From contig CAVZUR010000002.1 of assembly GCA_963778555.1 (NCBI GenBank), positions 37,817-101,816 on the forward strand: a stretch of DNA of 64,000 nt, written 5' to 3'. Below are positions 48,438-58,560 of the stretch, one piece after another. The notes below the pieces were generated by a model. The model was not told where the DNA came from and did not search any database. It saw only the letters and a program-made list of their open reading frames with translations. A program made the translations under genes and the position numbers. Within the stretch, counting starts at the first letter, position 1; the number at the start of each line of letters is the position of its first letter. This DNA is from Candidatus Moraniibacteriota bacterium (GTDB lineage Bacteria; Patescibacteriota; Minisyncoccia; Moranbacterales; UBA1568).

Positions 48438-50528
48438 ATGCGCGACATTATCCCATCCCAGCGTCCGACCACTGGAACAGCCCGGAGAATAGCAGAGTCC
48501 CGGCCTGTGGCACGGCCGCCAGTCCGGTCCGTTCTTACCGAGCGCCCCGTCTTCCAACCGCGGCCGAAGCGAAGAGGTCTCCGCGCTCTCTGGTGGGTGT
48601 TGGGAGTAGTTCTCCTCCTGGCGGTCTGGAGCGGTATAGAGCTGAAGCAGTCATTGCAGCATTCCGGAGAACAAGCGATTGTGCAGTTGGAGGAAGCGGT
48701 GACGGCTCTTCGCGCCAGCGATTTCGATCGGGGGCGGCAGTCTCTGCGCTTGGCTGAAAGCAGTTTCTCAGCGGGCGCGCGTCGTTTGTCTCTCTTCCGC
48801 TGGCTGCCAGATTCCTTTTCACGCATTCCGGGCTGCGCGCAGGTCATGGCCGCTGAAGCCCTCTTTCAGTCGGGGGTAGCCGGGACACAGGCGGCGCAGG
48901 CGCTCGTCTCAATTGTGGGCGGCGTGCTTTCGACGGAAACAGCATCCCACAGTGCGGACTCCATGATCACATCACTCGATCGTTCCCAGGACGCCGCCAA
49001 CGAAGCGCACGCGGCACTCGCCCGCGTCGCCCGGGCGTTTGAACGCATCAATCCGACGGCCGTACCGAGCCGGTATCGTGATCGGCTTGCGACGGTGCGG
49101 CAGGCGCTGCCAATCGCCAACGCGCTCTTGTCCGGCTATGTCGAGCATCAAGCGCTTTTTTCCGAGCTCCTGGGGGCGAACGGTCCGCGCGTATATCTTT
49201 TCCTCTTCCAGAACAATCATGAGCTCCGTGCGACGGGTGGCTTCATTGGGAGTTACGCGCTTTTAGACGTGAATGGAGGCCGAATCCGCCGTTTCTTTGT
49301 CGATGGGATATTCAATCCCGACGGCCAGCTGAAAGAGAACATCGTTCCCCCGAAACCGATCCAAAAGATCAGCGCCGGCTGGAGTCTACATGACAGCAAC
49401 TGGTTCCCGAATTTTCCGACGTCTGCTGAGAAAGCGATCTTCTTCTATGAGAAGACGGGCGGTCCAACGGTAGACGGCATCATTACGCTCACGCCCGCCG
49501 TTCTTCAACGGGTGCTCGCGCTGGTCGGCCCGGTGACGCTCCCGGAGTATGGCGTGACAATTGATGCGGAGAATTTCATCCCAATCATTCAGGATGAAGT
49601 CGAGGTGAAATACGATAAAGAGGAGAATGAGCCCAAACGGATCTTAGGCGATCTGATGGAAGTGCTACTCTTACGCTTTCTGTCTTTCAATCGTCCGGAA
49701 GAGACCTGGCGGCTGGGGAACACGTTTGCGGAACTTCTCAATGAGCGGCATATTCTCTTGTATTCGCGCCATCCGGATATCGAACGGCTGATCCGGAGCG
49801 CCGGTTGGTCCGGCGAGGTGCTCGCCACGCCGCACGATTATCTCTCCGTGATCCATACGAATATCAACGGCTACAAGACGGACGGCGTGATCAAAGAGAC
49901 GATCGAACATATGGCGGATATCCGTGCCGATGGCCGTGTCGTCGATACCGTCACCATCACACGCCAGCACACGGGAGGCCATACGCCCTATACCTGGTGG
50001 AACCAGGTAAACGCTGATTATGCCCGGGTTTATGTTCCTCAAGGGTCGAAGCTGATATCGGCCGAGGGCATGACACGGGAATTTCCGGAAGCGCCGCTGG
50101 ATTATCTTGCGCTTGGTTTTCGGCGCGATCCGGATATCGTCAAAGAGGAAGAAGGAACCGTCATCGACGCCGCCACGGGCACTCGGATCTCTGAAGACGC
50201 GGGCAAGACAGTGTTTGGGAATTGGGTCTACGTGAGTCCGGGTGAATCAGTGAGTGTTCGCTATGTGTACGAGTTGCCCTTCCGGGTTACGCTGGACGAT
50301 GCGGACGAGTCACCGGCGACATCGTACTCGGCGCTCTACCAGAAACAGGCGGGAACGGAAGGCGTGACGCTCAAGGCGTCCATCCAGTATCCGGATAGCC
50401 TCCGTTTAGTTTGGCAGACCCCTGAAAATTTGGTACCGTACCAGCGGGTCTTTCGGACTGAAAGACCGCTCAATAAGGACTTTTATTGGGGTGCCGTGTT
50501 CGGAAGCAGGAATGTGTCTGGAGAATGA
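48438..50528 (+). CDS. DUF4012-domain membrane-anchored protein
   Basis: YLFLFQNNHELRATGGFIG, DSNWFPNFP, NINGYKTD, QKQAG. Confidence 0.8.
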   Translation: MRDIIPSQRPTTGTARRIAESRPVARPPVRSVLTERPVFQPRPKRRGLRALWWVLGVVLLLAVWSGIELKQSLQHSGEQAIVQLEEAVTALRASDFDRGRQSLRLAESSFSAGARRLSLFRWLPDSFSRIPGCAQVMAAEALFQSGVAGTQAAQALVSIVGGVLSTETASHSADSMITSLDRSQDAANEAHAALARVARAFERINPTAVPSRYRDRLATVRQALPIANALLSGYVEHQALFSELLGANGPRVYLFLFQNNHELRATGGFIGSYALLDVNGGRIRRFFVDGIFNPDGQLKENIVPPKPIQKISAGWSLHDSNWFPNFPTSAEKAIFFYEKTGGPTVDGIITLTPAVLQRVLALVGPVTLPEYGVTIDAENFIPIIQDEVEVKYDKEENEPKRILGDLMEVLLLRFLSFNRPEETWRLGNTFAELLNERHILLYSRHPDIERLIRSAGWSGEVLATPHDYLSVIHTNINGYKTDGVIKETIEHMADIRADGRVVDTVTITRQHTGGHTPYTWWNQVNADYARVYVPQGSKLISAEGMTREFPEAPLDYLALGFRRDPDIVKEEEGTVIDAATGTRISEDAGKTVFGNWVYVSPGESVSVRYVYELPFRVTLDDADESPATSYSALYQKQAGTEGVTLKASIQYPDSLRLVWQTPENLVPYQRVFRTERPLNKDFYWGAVFGSRNVSGE

Positions 50529-50541
50529 TGAGCTGTAGCTT

Positions 50542-52197
50542 ATGCTGCGAATGATAGTGCGTCTTTGGCAATGGAGCGAGCGCCCAATCGAGACACTCGG
50601 GGGCGCTGCTTTTATCATTGCCCTCGCCGGCGTCGTAAGTCGGATTCTCGGTTTCATCCGTGATCGCCTGCTCGCTTCATCCTTTGGGGCAGGTGATATT
50701 CTCGATGCCTACTACGCTGCTTTCCGGTTGCCTGATCTCGTCTACGGTTTTCTCGTTCTCGGCGCCCTATCGGCGGCGTTCATCCCAGTCTTTACGGAGT
50801 TTGTCGCGCGTGATGAGCGGGAAAAAGCCTGGCGTCTCACACAAGGGGCGTTGCAGTGGCTCGTGGTCATTTTAGGCGGCGCGGCGCTCTTGGGCATCCT
50901 CTTCGCTGGTCCGATCGCGACCTGGATCGCTCCTGGGTTCTCACCGGAAAAGCAGTCGCTGGTGGCTCTCTTCACACGGATTATGCTCGTGTCACCGATC
51001 TTTCTTGCCGTGTCAGCTGTCATCGGCGGCGTCCTGGTTTCATTCAAGCAGTTTCTGGCGTACTCCTTCGCGCCGGTCTTCTACAATCTGGGTATCATCA
51101 TCGGCATTCTCTTCCTCTACCCAACGCTTGGGCCGGCGGGTCTGGCGGCAGGCGTCGTGCTCGGATCATTGTTTCATGCCTGGGTTCAATTCCCGGCTTT
51201 TCGCCGGGCCGGATATCGCTTTTCTCTCCTTTCGTTCTCGCGAAGCGCGCGTGATCCTGCACTTCGGAAAGTCGCCCGCCTCATGATTCCGCGGTCGCTC
51301 GCCATGGCGGTCAATCAGATCAGCCTTATCATCGTGACGGTTTTCTCCTCGACACTCGTTTCCGGGAGTCTGGCCGCTTTCACGCTTGCAATCAATATCC
51401 AAAGCGTTCCGCTCGGATTGTTCGGGATCGCTTTTTCACTCGCGGCCTTTCCGATACTCGCGACGCTCGTAGCCAAACATGAGGATGCGGAATTTTTTGC
51501 CGTGTTCGCGCGGACCGCACGGCGCATCCTCTATTTCGTGCTCCCGCTCTCGCTCTTCTTCATCATCTTTCGGGCAGAAATTGTCCGCGTCATTCTCGGC
51601 ACTGGAGCGTTCAACTGGGAAGATACCATCCTGACCTTCACCGTACTCGGATGGCTCTCCCTTTCTCTCTTCGCCCAAAGCCTCATCCCGCTGTTCGTCC
51701 GCGCCTTCTTCGCGCTCCAGGATACCAAGACGCCGCTCTTTGCCGCACTGTTCTCGGAAATCGTCCATCTTTCACTCATCCCGATACTGTTGCCGCGCTT
51801 CGCGGTGGCAGGCATCGCAATTGCGTTCTCAGTCGGTGCGGTAGTGAACATCCTCATCCTGTACGCCACGTTGCGGCGACGGGTTGCCGTCTGGAAGGAT
51901 TGGGAGATCCTCTCAGGCATCGGCCGGATTATCGGTATCACACTGATTGCCGGAATCATTGCGCAGTTTTCGAAAAGTATCTTTGTGTTGACCATAGACC
52001 GGCTCGACACGTTTCTCGAGGTGGCGATGAAACTCGGAGTGGGCGCAGTGATCGGCGTAGCGGCGTACATCCTACTTTCGTCCCTGTTCGGATTGCCCGA
52101 GTATCTTCAGGTAAAGCGATTCATCTGGTGTCGGCTGCTCCGGCAACCTGAGACCGTCGTATTGGCTGAGGATCATCCTGAGAAAGGAGACTGGTGA
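50542..52197 (+). CDS. murJ: Lipid II flippase
   Basis: SRILGFIRD, AFRLPD, GALSAAFIP, RAFFALQDTKTP. Confidence 0.92.
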   Translation: MLRMIVRLWQWSERPIETLGGAAFIIALAGVVSRILGFIRDRLLASSFGAGDILDAYYAAFRLPDLVYGFLVLGALSAAFIPVFTEFVARDEREKAWRLTQGALQWLVVILGGAALLGILFAGPIATWIAPGFSPEKQSLVALFTRIMLVSPIFLAVSAVIGGVLVSFKQFLAYSFAPVFYNLGIIIGILFLYPTLGPAGLAAGVVLGSLFHAWVQFPAFRRAGYRFSLLSFSRSARDPALRKVARLMIPRSLAMAVNQISLIIVTVFSSTLVSGSLAAFTLAINIQSVPLGLFGIAFSLAAFPILATLVAKHEDAEFFAVFARTARRILYFVLPLSLFFIIFRAEIVRVILGTGAFNWEDTILTFTVLGWLSLSLFAQSLIPLFVRAFFALQDTKTPLFAALFSEIVHLSLIPILLPRFAVAGIAIAFSVGAVVNILILYATLRRRVAVWKDWEILSGIGRIIGITLIAGIIAQFSKSIFVLTIDRLDTFLEVAMKLGVGAVIGVAAYILLSSLFGLPEYLQVKRFIWCRLLRQPETVVLAEDHPEKGDW

Positions 52198-52243
52198 ACA
52201 CCTGCAAGCGCCATTTATCCCGCTGTTAACGAGCGCACCCCGT

Positions 52244-54049
52244 ATGGATCAGACCCGCATCCGTAATTTCTGCATCATCGCGCATATTGATCATGGCAAA
52301 TCCACTCTGGCTGACCGGCTCCTGGAGCTGACCGCGACGATCGAGAAACGCAAGATGAAGGAACAACTCCTCGATCAGATGGACCTCGAACGGGAGCGCG
52401 GCATCACGATTAAGCTTCAGCCGGTGCAGATGCGGTACCGCTATCAGGGGAACGAGTATCATCTCAACCTGATCGATACCCCGGGCCATGTGGATTTCCA
52501 CTATGAGGTCTCGCGCTCTCTGGCAGCGGTGGAGGGCGCGATTCTTCTCGTCGACGCGACCAAGGGAGTGCAGGCCCAAACTTTGGCCAATCTCTACCTT
52601 GCGATTGAGCAGGGACTGGAGATTATTCCTGTCGTGAACAAGATTGACCTGCCCAATGCCGAGGTCGAAAAAGCGAAGAAAGAGATCATTCATCTCCTCG
52701 GCTGTCCCGAATCGGATGTCCTCCTTGCTTCCGGGAAGACGGGTATGGGTGTGCAGGCAATTTTGGAGCGCGTCATTGAGCGCGTCCCCGCCCCGAAAGG
52801 GAGCGTTGACCAGCCGCTCCGCGCGCTCATTTTCGATTCTGTCTATGATACCTACAAAGGCGTTGTGGCATTCGTACGGGTTGTCGATGGGATGGTGCAA
52901 CGCGATGATGTGCTGCATCTCTTGGGCCGGGCGCATGACAGCGTGACGATTGAAGTGGGTCATTTCGCTCCCGCGCTGACGCCGCAGCCCATGCTGGTGG
53001 CAGGCGATATCGGATACATCGCCACGGGATTGAAAGCTGTAGCACACTGTCGGGTCGGCGATACCATCACGCTTCGACCTCGCGACCGGGAGGCACCGGC
53101 GGTCGAAGCGCTGCCTGGGTACCGCGAAATCAAGCCAGCGGTCTACGCCAGTCTCTATCCAACTGAAGGCGAGGATTATGCGTATATGCGTGACGCGTTG
53201 GATAAACTCAAACTGAATGATGCCGCGTTCACATTTGAGCCCGAAAGCAATTCTGCGCTCGGCCGCGGGTTCCGCTGCGGTTTTCTCGGCCTCCTGCACC
53301 TCGAGATCATCCAAGCCCGGCTGGAGCGTGAATTCGATCTGGTGCCGACCATCACGACGCCGGCAGTAGTCTATGAACTCCAACTCTACGGCCAAAAAGA
53401 GCGGTTGCCGCTCTATTCGCCCTCTGACATGCCGGATCCGGCGGGTATCGAAAAGATCTACGAGCCGTATGTCGCGCTCTCGATCATCACGCCGGGGGAG
53501 TATCTCGGCAACGTCATGCATCTCGCTCAATCCATTCGTTCTGAGTACAAGAATACGGAGTATATCGATGAAGGTCGAGTGATCATTTTGTTCGAGGCGC
53601 CCCTGATGGATGTTATCGTCAATTTCCATGACGATTTAAAGAGCGCTTCGTCGGGTTATGCCTCGATGAACTATGAGCCGATTGGATATCGCGAGAGCGA
53701 TGTGGTAAAGCTCGATATCCTCGTTGCGGGAGAAAAGATCGACGCATTTTCGCGCATGGTTCCGGCGCGCCTCGCCCATCTCGAGGGGAAGAAAACCGTT
53801 GAAAAATTGAAGACGGTCTTGTCGCGGCAGAGCTTCGCCGTTGCCCTCCAGGCGGCCATCGGCGCCAAAGTCATCGCACGCGAGACCATCTCCGCTTTCC
53901 GTAAGGACGTGACTGGCAAGCTCTACGGGGGCGATTTCAGCCGCAAAAAGAAACTGCTCGAGAAGCAGAAAGCCGGTAAGAAGCGCATGAAAGATACGGG
54001 CCGTGTCACTATCCCACCCAAAGCCTTCCTCGAGATATTGAAGCATTAG
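52244..54049 (+). CDS. lepA: Elongation factor 4
   Basis: IAHIDHGKSTL, ERGITIK, DTPGH, LGRGFRCGFLG, KLLEKQK.GKKRMK. Confidence 0.96.
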   Translation: MDQTRIRNFCIIAHIDHGKSTLADRLLELTATIEKRKMKEQLLDQMDLERERGITIKLQPVQMRYRYQGNEYHLNLIDTPGHVDFHYEVSRSLAAVEGAILLVDATKGVQAQTLANLYLAIEQGLEIIPVVNKIDLPNAEVEKAKKEIIHLLGCPESDVLLASGKTGMGVQAILERVIERVPAPKGSVDQPLRALIFDSVYDTYKGVVAFVRVVDGMVQRDDVLHLLGRAHDSVTIEVGHFAPALTPQPMLVAGDIGYIATGLKAVAHCRVGDTITLRPRDREAPAVEALPGYREIKPAVYASLYPTEGEDYAYMRDALDKLKLNDAAFTFEPESNSALGRGFRCGFLGLLHLEIIQARLEREFDLVPTITTPAVVYELQLYGQKERLPLYSPSDMPDPAGIEKIYEPYVALSIITPGEYLGNVMHLAQSIRSEYKNTEYIDEGRVIILFEAPLMDVIVNFHDDLKSASSGYASMNYEPIGYRESDVVKLDILVAGEKIDAFSRMVPARLAHLEGKKTVEKLKTVLSRQSFAVALQAAIGAKVIARETISAFRKDVTGKLYGGDFSRKKKLLEKQKAGKKRMKDTGRVTIPPKAFLEILKH

Positions 54050-54142
54050 AGAAGAATATTTTGACAAAAGAGAGTGAGTCCATTAGGGTAGGAAGGCTTT
54101 CTTTGATAATTTCAAACCCATCAATCAACCCAGGAGGCCAAA

Positions 54143-54418
54143 ATGGATCATTATGACCAGTTTAGGCTGTACCGGGGATTGGTACAGCTTTTGCAACATG
54201 CTGAAGAAAGAACGCTTGAAGCCATCGGTCGCGAACTCATCGCGTACGGCCAAGCCATGGTCGCACAGGCTCAGGCTCCAATGGTGGAGCCGTTACAACT
54301 GCCAACGAATGGGACCACGATCTCAACCATAGAGGCCGAGCTCGAATTGCCAGCCGGGCCGAATGAGACGGCCCAACTGACCCCTCTGTCGGTTCCAGCA
54401 GCTGTTCCCGAGGCATGA
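54143..54418 (+). CDS. Orphan 91-aa acidic protein
   Basis: TTGACA-17-TAGGGT promoter (54061-54089), AGGAGG 54132-54137, terminator overlapping stop. Confidence 0.6.
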   Translation: MDHYDQFRLYRGLVQLLQHAEERTLEAIGRELIAYGQAMVAQAQAPMVEPLQLPTNGTTISTIEAELELPAGPNETAQLTPLSVPAAVPEA

Positions 54419-54450
54419 CGATGAAAACTGTCATGCCTCTTTTGCTTTTT
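54410..54450 (+). terminator. Intrinsic terminator
   Basis: GAGGCATGACG/TGTCATGCCTC stem plus T-rich tail. Confidence 0.75.
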
Positions 54451-54500
54451 TACTCGCGAGAATCTAGAATGAAGGTACGTAAATCATTGAAGGCAATGCT

Positions 54501-54812
54501 ATGGCTTTGGAATTTACCAAGGAGAATTTTGAAACAGAAGTCTTGAAAAGCGAAAAGCCGGTGCTGGTCGATTTTTGGGCGCCCTGGTGCGGACCGTGCC
54601 AGATAATGGGACCGGTGATCGATGAGCTTTCGAGTGAGCTCACGAATGTGAAGATCGGCAAGCTGAATGCTGATGAACATCCGACAGTCGCCCAGGAGTA
54701 CGGCGTCATGTCCATCCCGACCATGAAAGTTTTCAAAGGCGGAGAGATCGTCAAAGAATTCGTCGGTGTTCAGGAGAAAGGCGCCCTCAAAGCAGTCCTC
54801 TCCGCCCTCTAG
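54501..54812 (+). CDS. trxA: Thioredoxin
   Basis: DFWAPWCGPC, SIPT. Confidence 0.95.
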   Translation: MALEFTKENFETEVLKSEKPVLVDFWAPWCGPCQIMGPVIDELSSELTNVKIGKLNADEHPTVAQEYGVMSIPTMKVFKGGEIVKEFVGVQEKGALKAVLSAL

Positions 54813-54846
54813 GCCGGTTGGGTAAATAGCGGCAGCAAACATACAT

Positions 54847-55287
54847 ATGAAAATTCACAAGGAACGTATCGACTTGAAGAGTACGTCGCAGATACAGTTC
54901 ATCGACATCACGACGCAGGTGCAGGAGATCGTGAGTCGGTCAGGTATCCGCGAAGGGCAGGCGCTCATCTATGTGCCGCATACGACGATGGGCGTTGCTA
55001 TCAATCACAATGAAGCAATGCTGCTGCAGGATTTCATGCGCATCCTCTATAAAATGGTCCCGGTCGACGATCAATACTCGCACGATTTGTTTGAGTTACG
55101 GCGCGAGACGAAATCTGACGGCCGGTCTAACGGCCATTCACACTGCAAGGCCATATTGCTCGGGAACAGCGAGACCGTTCCGATTGAGAAGGGATTGCTC
55201 CTCCTGACAGAGCGACAAAATATTTTCGCCGTGGAATTCGACGGTGCTCGCGATCGAGACGTCGTCATCCAGGTGATCGGCTACTAA
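54847..55287 (+). CDS. yjbQ: YjbQ/UPF0047 family protein
   Basis: HTT, NGHSH, EFDG.R.R. Confidence 0.8.
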   Translation: MKIHKERIDLKSTSQIQFIDITTQVQEIVSRSGIREGQALIYVPHTTMGVAINHNEAMLLQDFMRILYKMVPVDDQYSHDLFELRRETKSDGRSNGHSHCKAILLGNSETVPIEKGLLLLTERQNIFAVEFDGARDRDVVIQVIGY

Positions 55288-55299
55288 TTGCGTCTCCTC

Positions 55300-56334
55300 A
55301 TGCGTTTTGTCATTGGGATTTTCAAAACAGTCACGGTCGTGAGCGTAAGCCTCATTTTGGTGGGTTCGCTGGTTTTGTGGTATCTGCTCAGCCGGGTGGA
55401 TTCGGCGCGTGGTTCGGCGGTTGAAAACCAGCGTTTTATGGTCGGTCAGGGTGAAGGTGTCGTGTCGATTGCGGGACGGCTCGATGCAGCCGGTATCATC
55501 GACGGGCGACTTACCTTTGTTGTCTATGCTGCGAAAACAGGTCTGTATAAGAAATTTCAAGTTGGCGAGTACGGTCTTTCCGGTCGACTGGCGATACCCG
55601 AAATCGTCAATCGCTTCGTCGATGGGAAAGTGGTGCCGGCCGGTGTGCGAGTGACCTTTCCAGAGGGCTGGACCTTGCGCGAGATGGCTGAACGGCTCAC
55701 CGCTAATGGACTCGCGGGAGCTGAATTCCTGGCCATTGCTGAAAAACCATTTCCGAAGTGGCGCGAACGGTTTAATATTCTGAAGGATCTGCCAGAGGGC
55801 GCGAGCCTTGAGGGCTACCTTTTTCCTGACACCTATATTTTCCCGAAACAGGCGACTGGCGAACTCATCGTGAATGAGCTACTTGAAAATTTCAAGCAAA
55901 AAGCGGTTCCGATCATCACATCAGGACGGGAGGGATCGGCGCTGACCCTTCATGAGACGTTGACGCTCGCATCGATTATCGAAGAAGAGGGCCGGACCGA
56001 GGCCGACCGGAAGAACATCAGTGATGTATTCCGGAAACGCCTCGCAGTCGGTCAAGCGCTTCAGAGTGATGCAACCATCAATTATATCCATGGTACGGCG
56101 AAGGATCAGCCGACCTTTAAAGACCTCGAATCTTCTTCGCCGTACAACACCTATGCCCGACCGGGGTTACCGCCCGGACCGATTGGCAATCCGAGTCTCA
56201 TGTCGATCGAGGCAGCTTTGCATCCGACCAACAACGCCTATTTTTATTTTCTCATTGATCCCGAAACGCGGATCACGTACTTTGCCGAAGACTTCGAAGG
56301 GCATCAGCGGAATCGGGCCGCGCATGGTCTTTGA
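55300..56334 (+). CDS. mltG: Endolytic transglycosylase
   Basis: FPEG, LEGYLFPDTY, ASIIEEE, LQSDAT, SPYNTY, GLPPGPI.NP. Confidence 0.9.
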   Translation: MRFVIGIFKTVTVVSVSLILVGSLVLWYLLSRVDSARGSAVENQRFMVGQGEGVVSIAGRLDAAGIIDGRLTFVVYAAKTGLYKKFQVGEYGLSGRLAIPEIVNRFVDGKVVPAGVRVTFPEGWTLREMAERLTANGLAGAEFLAIAEKPFPKWRERFNILKDLPEGASLEGYLFPDTYIFPKQATGELIVNELLENFKQKAVPIITSGREGSALTLHETLTLASIIEEEGRTEADRKNISDVFRKRLAVGQALQSDATINYIHGTAKDQPTFKDLESSSPYNTYARPGLPPGPIGNPSLMSIEAALHPTNNAYFYFLIDPETRITYFAEDFEGHQRNRAAHGL

Positions 56335-56340
56335 TCGAAT

Positions 56341-57310
56341 ATGTCCTCACACCGCCAAACGATCGCTCTCATCCTCCTCTTCGGTATCGCGGCACCGGCG
56401 TATTTCGGTTATTCAGCCGTGATGCAGGCGGTGCTGGTTGAAGAAGCGAGCGTGTTCATTGTTCCGCTCCTCTGGTTCGTCCTTACTCTGACCGTTTTTT
56501 CAACGGGTGCAGTCTTGTGGCAGGGGATAGCGGAACGGAGCATGGCGAGCGGACTTCTCATCCTGCCGAGCATGTTTTTTGCCCCTTCGCTCATGCATGG
56601 AGCCGTCATCTTGGTCGCAGCTCTCATCGTGTTCGGCGGACTGCTTCGTATCAGCCGCGAGCTTGCTTCGAGACTCCGTTTTTCAGTGTACCGCAGTGTC
56701 TTTGTAGGGCTGGCACAGATTATCTTTGCGCTCTCGCTGGTGATATCGAGCCAGTACTACGTTCATGTCGACACGCTTTCCTGGGACCGACTGGTGCCGA
56801 GTTTCGATTTGGGTGAAGGCACTGGCGCCTGGCTCTTGCGAACTATTGGTACGGTCTCGCCTTCGCTGGTGTCGCTTCAGGACCGCGAACTCTCGGTGGA
56901 CGGATTTCTCCGTGAAGTTCGGCCCGTTCAATCTAGCGACGAGTCACTCGGTCTCGAGAAGAGCGTCGTGGAAGCAGTGCGTCAAGCGGAAACCATGCGT
57001 TCAAAGACTGAGCTTTCACGGCTTCTGGGGCGCGAGGTGGGCGGGGATGAAAAAATGAATGAAATCCTCTCTGAGGTGCTGAGAAAAAAAGTGATTGCGT
57101 TCGTTTCTGGTGGAACGCCAACGGCCTCAGGAAATGTACCGTTCCTACCTTTCTTCCTTGCCATTCTCCTCTTTTTTTACCGTCTATCCGCTCGGCTCCA
57201 TCCTGGTACCCATCGTGCTGTCTTGCTCGACGGTCATATTGGCTGTTGGTATCCGCAGTGGGCTTATTGTTTTGAAGAAGATTCCGGCCGAGCGCGAGGT
57301 CATCGTGTAA
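56341..57310 (+). CDS. Multi-TM hypothetical membrane protein, frameshift at poly-T ~57172
   Basis: Hydrophobic segments; C-terminal FFTVYPLG...GLIVLKKIPAEREVIV in the other frame. Confidence 0.6.
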
Positions 57311-57371
57311 GGATTGTTGAAGTCTGCCCACGGACGTAGCAAGGGGAGAGCTGGAAGTTGACAGGATACTT

Positions 57372-57398
57372 TTAGCACTCGATAATAGAGAGTGCTAA
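57372..57398 (+). promoter_or_regulatory. CIRCE element (HrcA operator)
   Basis: Perfect TTAGCACTC-N9-GAGTGCTAA just upstream of dnaJ, downstream of TTGACA. Confidence 0.92.
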
Positions 57399-57406
57399 GA
57401 CTGATT

Positions 57407-58498
57407 ATGGCAAAAGACTACTATTCTATCCTTGGCGTCGCGAAATCGGCGAGTGCCGACGACATCAAAAAGGCCTACCGAAAGCTGGCGCATACTCACC
57501 ACCCCGATAAGCAGGGCGGAAACGAGGCGAAGTTCAAGGAGATTAATGAGGCCTATGGTGTTCTGGGGGACGCGGGTAAGCGACAACAGTATGACCGATT
57601 CGGCCAGACATCTTCCCAGGCAGGGGGGGCGTCGGGCGCGGGCTTCGGCGGTTTTGATTTTGGTGGTTTCTCGGCTCAAGGCGGTTCGGCAACGGATTTC
57701 AATTTCGGCGGAGCGAATATGGAGGATCTCTTTGCTGATCTTTTCACAGGCGGCGGTGGGCGTCGTCGGAGCAGTCGCGGTGCTGATATCCAAGTCGATG
57801 TGACGCTCAGTTTCGAAGAAATGGTGCATGGGGCCGCACGCACAGTCAGGCTCCGTAAACTGAGTGTCTGTTCAGTGTGCCATGGCAAAGGCGGGGCGCC
57901 GCAGGCCAAAGAAGAAACCTGCTCTGCCTGTCACGGCAAGGGTTCGACGATGAAGAATATCAACACGATACTCGGTACCTTTGCCCAGTCGGTCCCGTGT
58001 GCACGCTGTCAGGGAAAAGGGAAGACGTATAGCCAGGCGTGTAAACAGTGTCATGGGCACGGGCGAGCAGAGGAAGAGACAGCAAAGGAGGTGAACATTC
58101 CTCCCGGGATTGAAGATGGTCAGGCGCTGTCGGTGGCGGGGGAAGGTGTGGCAGGGGAATTCGGCGCGCCAGCCGGTGATCTCTATGTCCTCGTCCACGT
58201 TGAAGCGCATCCGGATTTCGTTCGGCACGGCGATGATATCGTAACTGAGGTCGCGCTCCGTTTCGACCAATTCGCCTTGGGCGATAAAGTCCCTGTGAAA
58301 ACGATAGAGGGCGAAGTGGACATGAAAGTCCCGGCAGGTACGCAGCCGGGCGAAGTGTTCCGTATCCGCGGAAAAGGCATACCGAAACTTGGTCGCTTCG
58401 GGCGTGGCGATCAGCTCGTGAAGACCTCGATCGTCATACCGCGCCATCTCTCCTCTGAGGCGAAACGTCAGATCGAAAGCCTCCGGGGCACGCTCTAG
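57407..58498 (+). CDS. dnaJ: Chaperone DnaJ
   Basis: DYY..LGV, HPD, G/F region, four CxxCxGxG. Confidence 0.95.
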   Translation: MAKDYYSILGVAKSASADDIKKAYRKLAHTHHPDKQGGNEAKFKEINEAYGVLGDAGKRQQYDRFGQTSSQAGGASGAGFGGFDFGGFSAQGGSATDFNFGGANMEDLFADLFTGGGGRRRSSRGADIQVDVTLSFEEMVHGAARTVRLRKLSVCSVCHGKGGAPQAKEETCSACHGKGSTMKNINTILGTFAQSVPCARCQGKGKTYSQACKQCHGHGRAEEETAKEVNIPPGIEDGQALSVAGEGVAGEFGAPAGDLYVLVHVEAHPDFVRHGDDIVTEVALRFDQFALGDKVPVKTIEGEVDMKVPAGTQPGEVFRIRGKGIPKLGRFGRGDQLVKTSIVIPRHLSSEAKRQIESLRGTL

Positions 58499-58560
58499 AG
58501 CAGAATGCAAGCCATCGGTTTTTAGAGTACAATGAAGAGCAGATTGTATGAAATCACCCT

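Noticed and set aside
52226-53629. 467-aa minus-strand ORF and other long antisense ORFs (5316-6134, 8568-9419, 29983-30936, 59695-60504)
   Set aside because: Shadows of GC-rich, well-conserved + strand genes; no motifs or expression signals.
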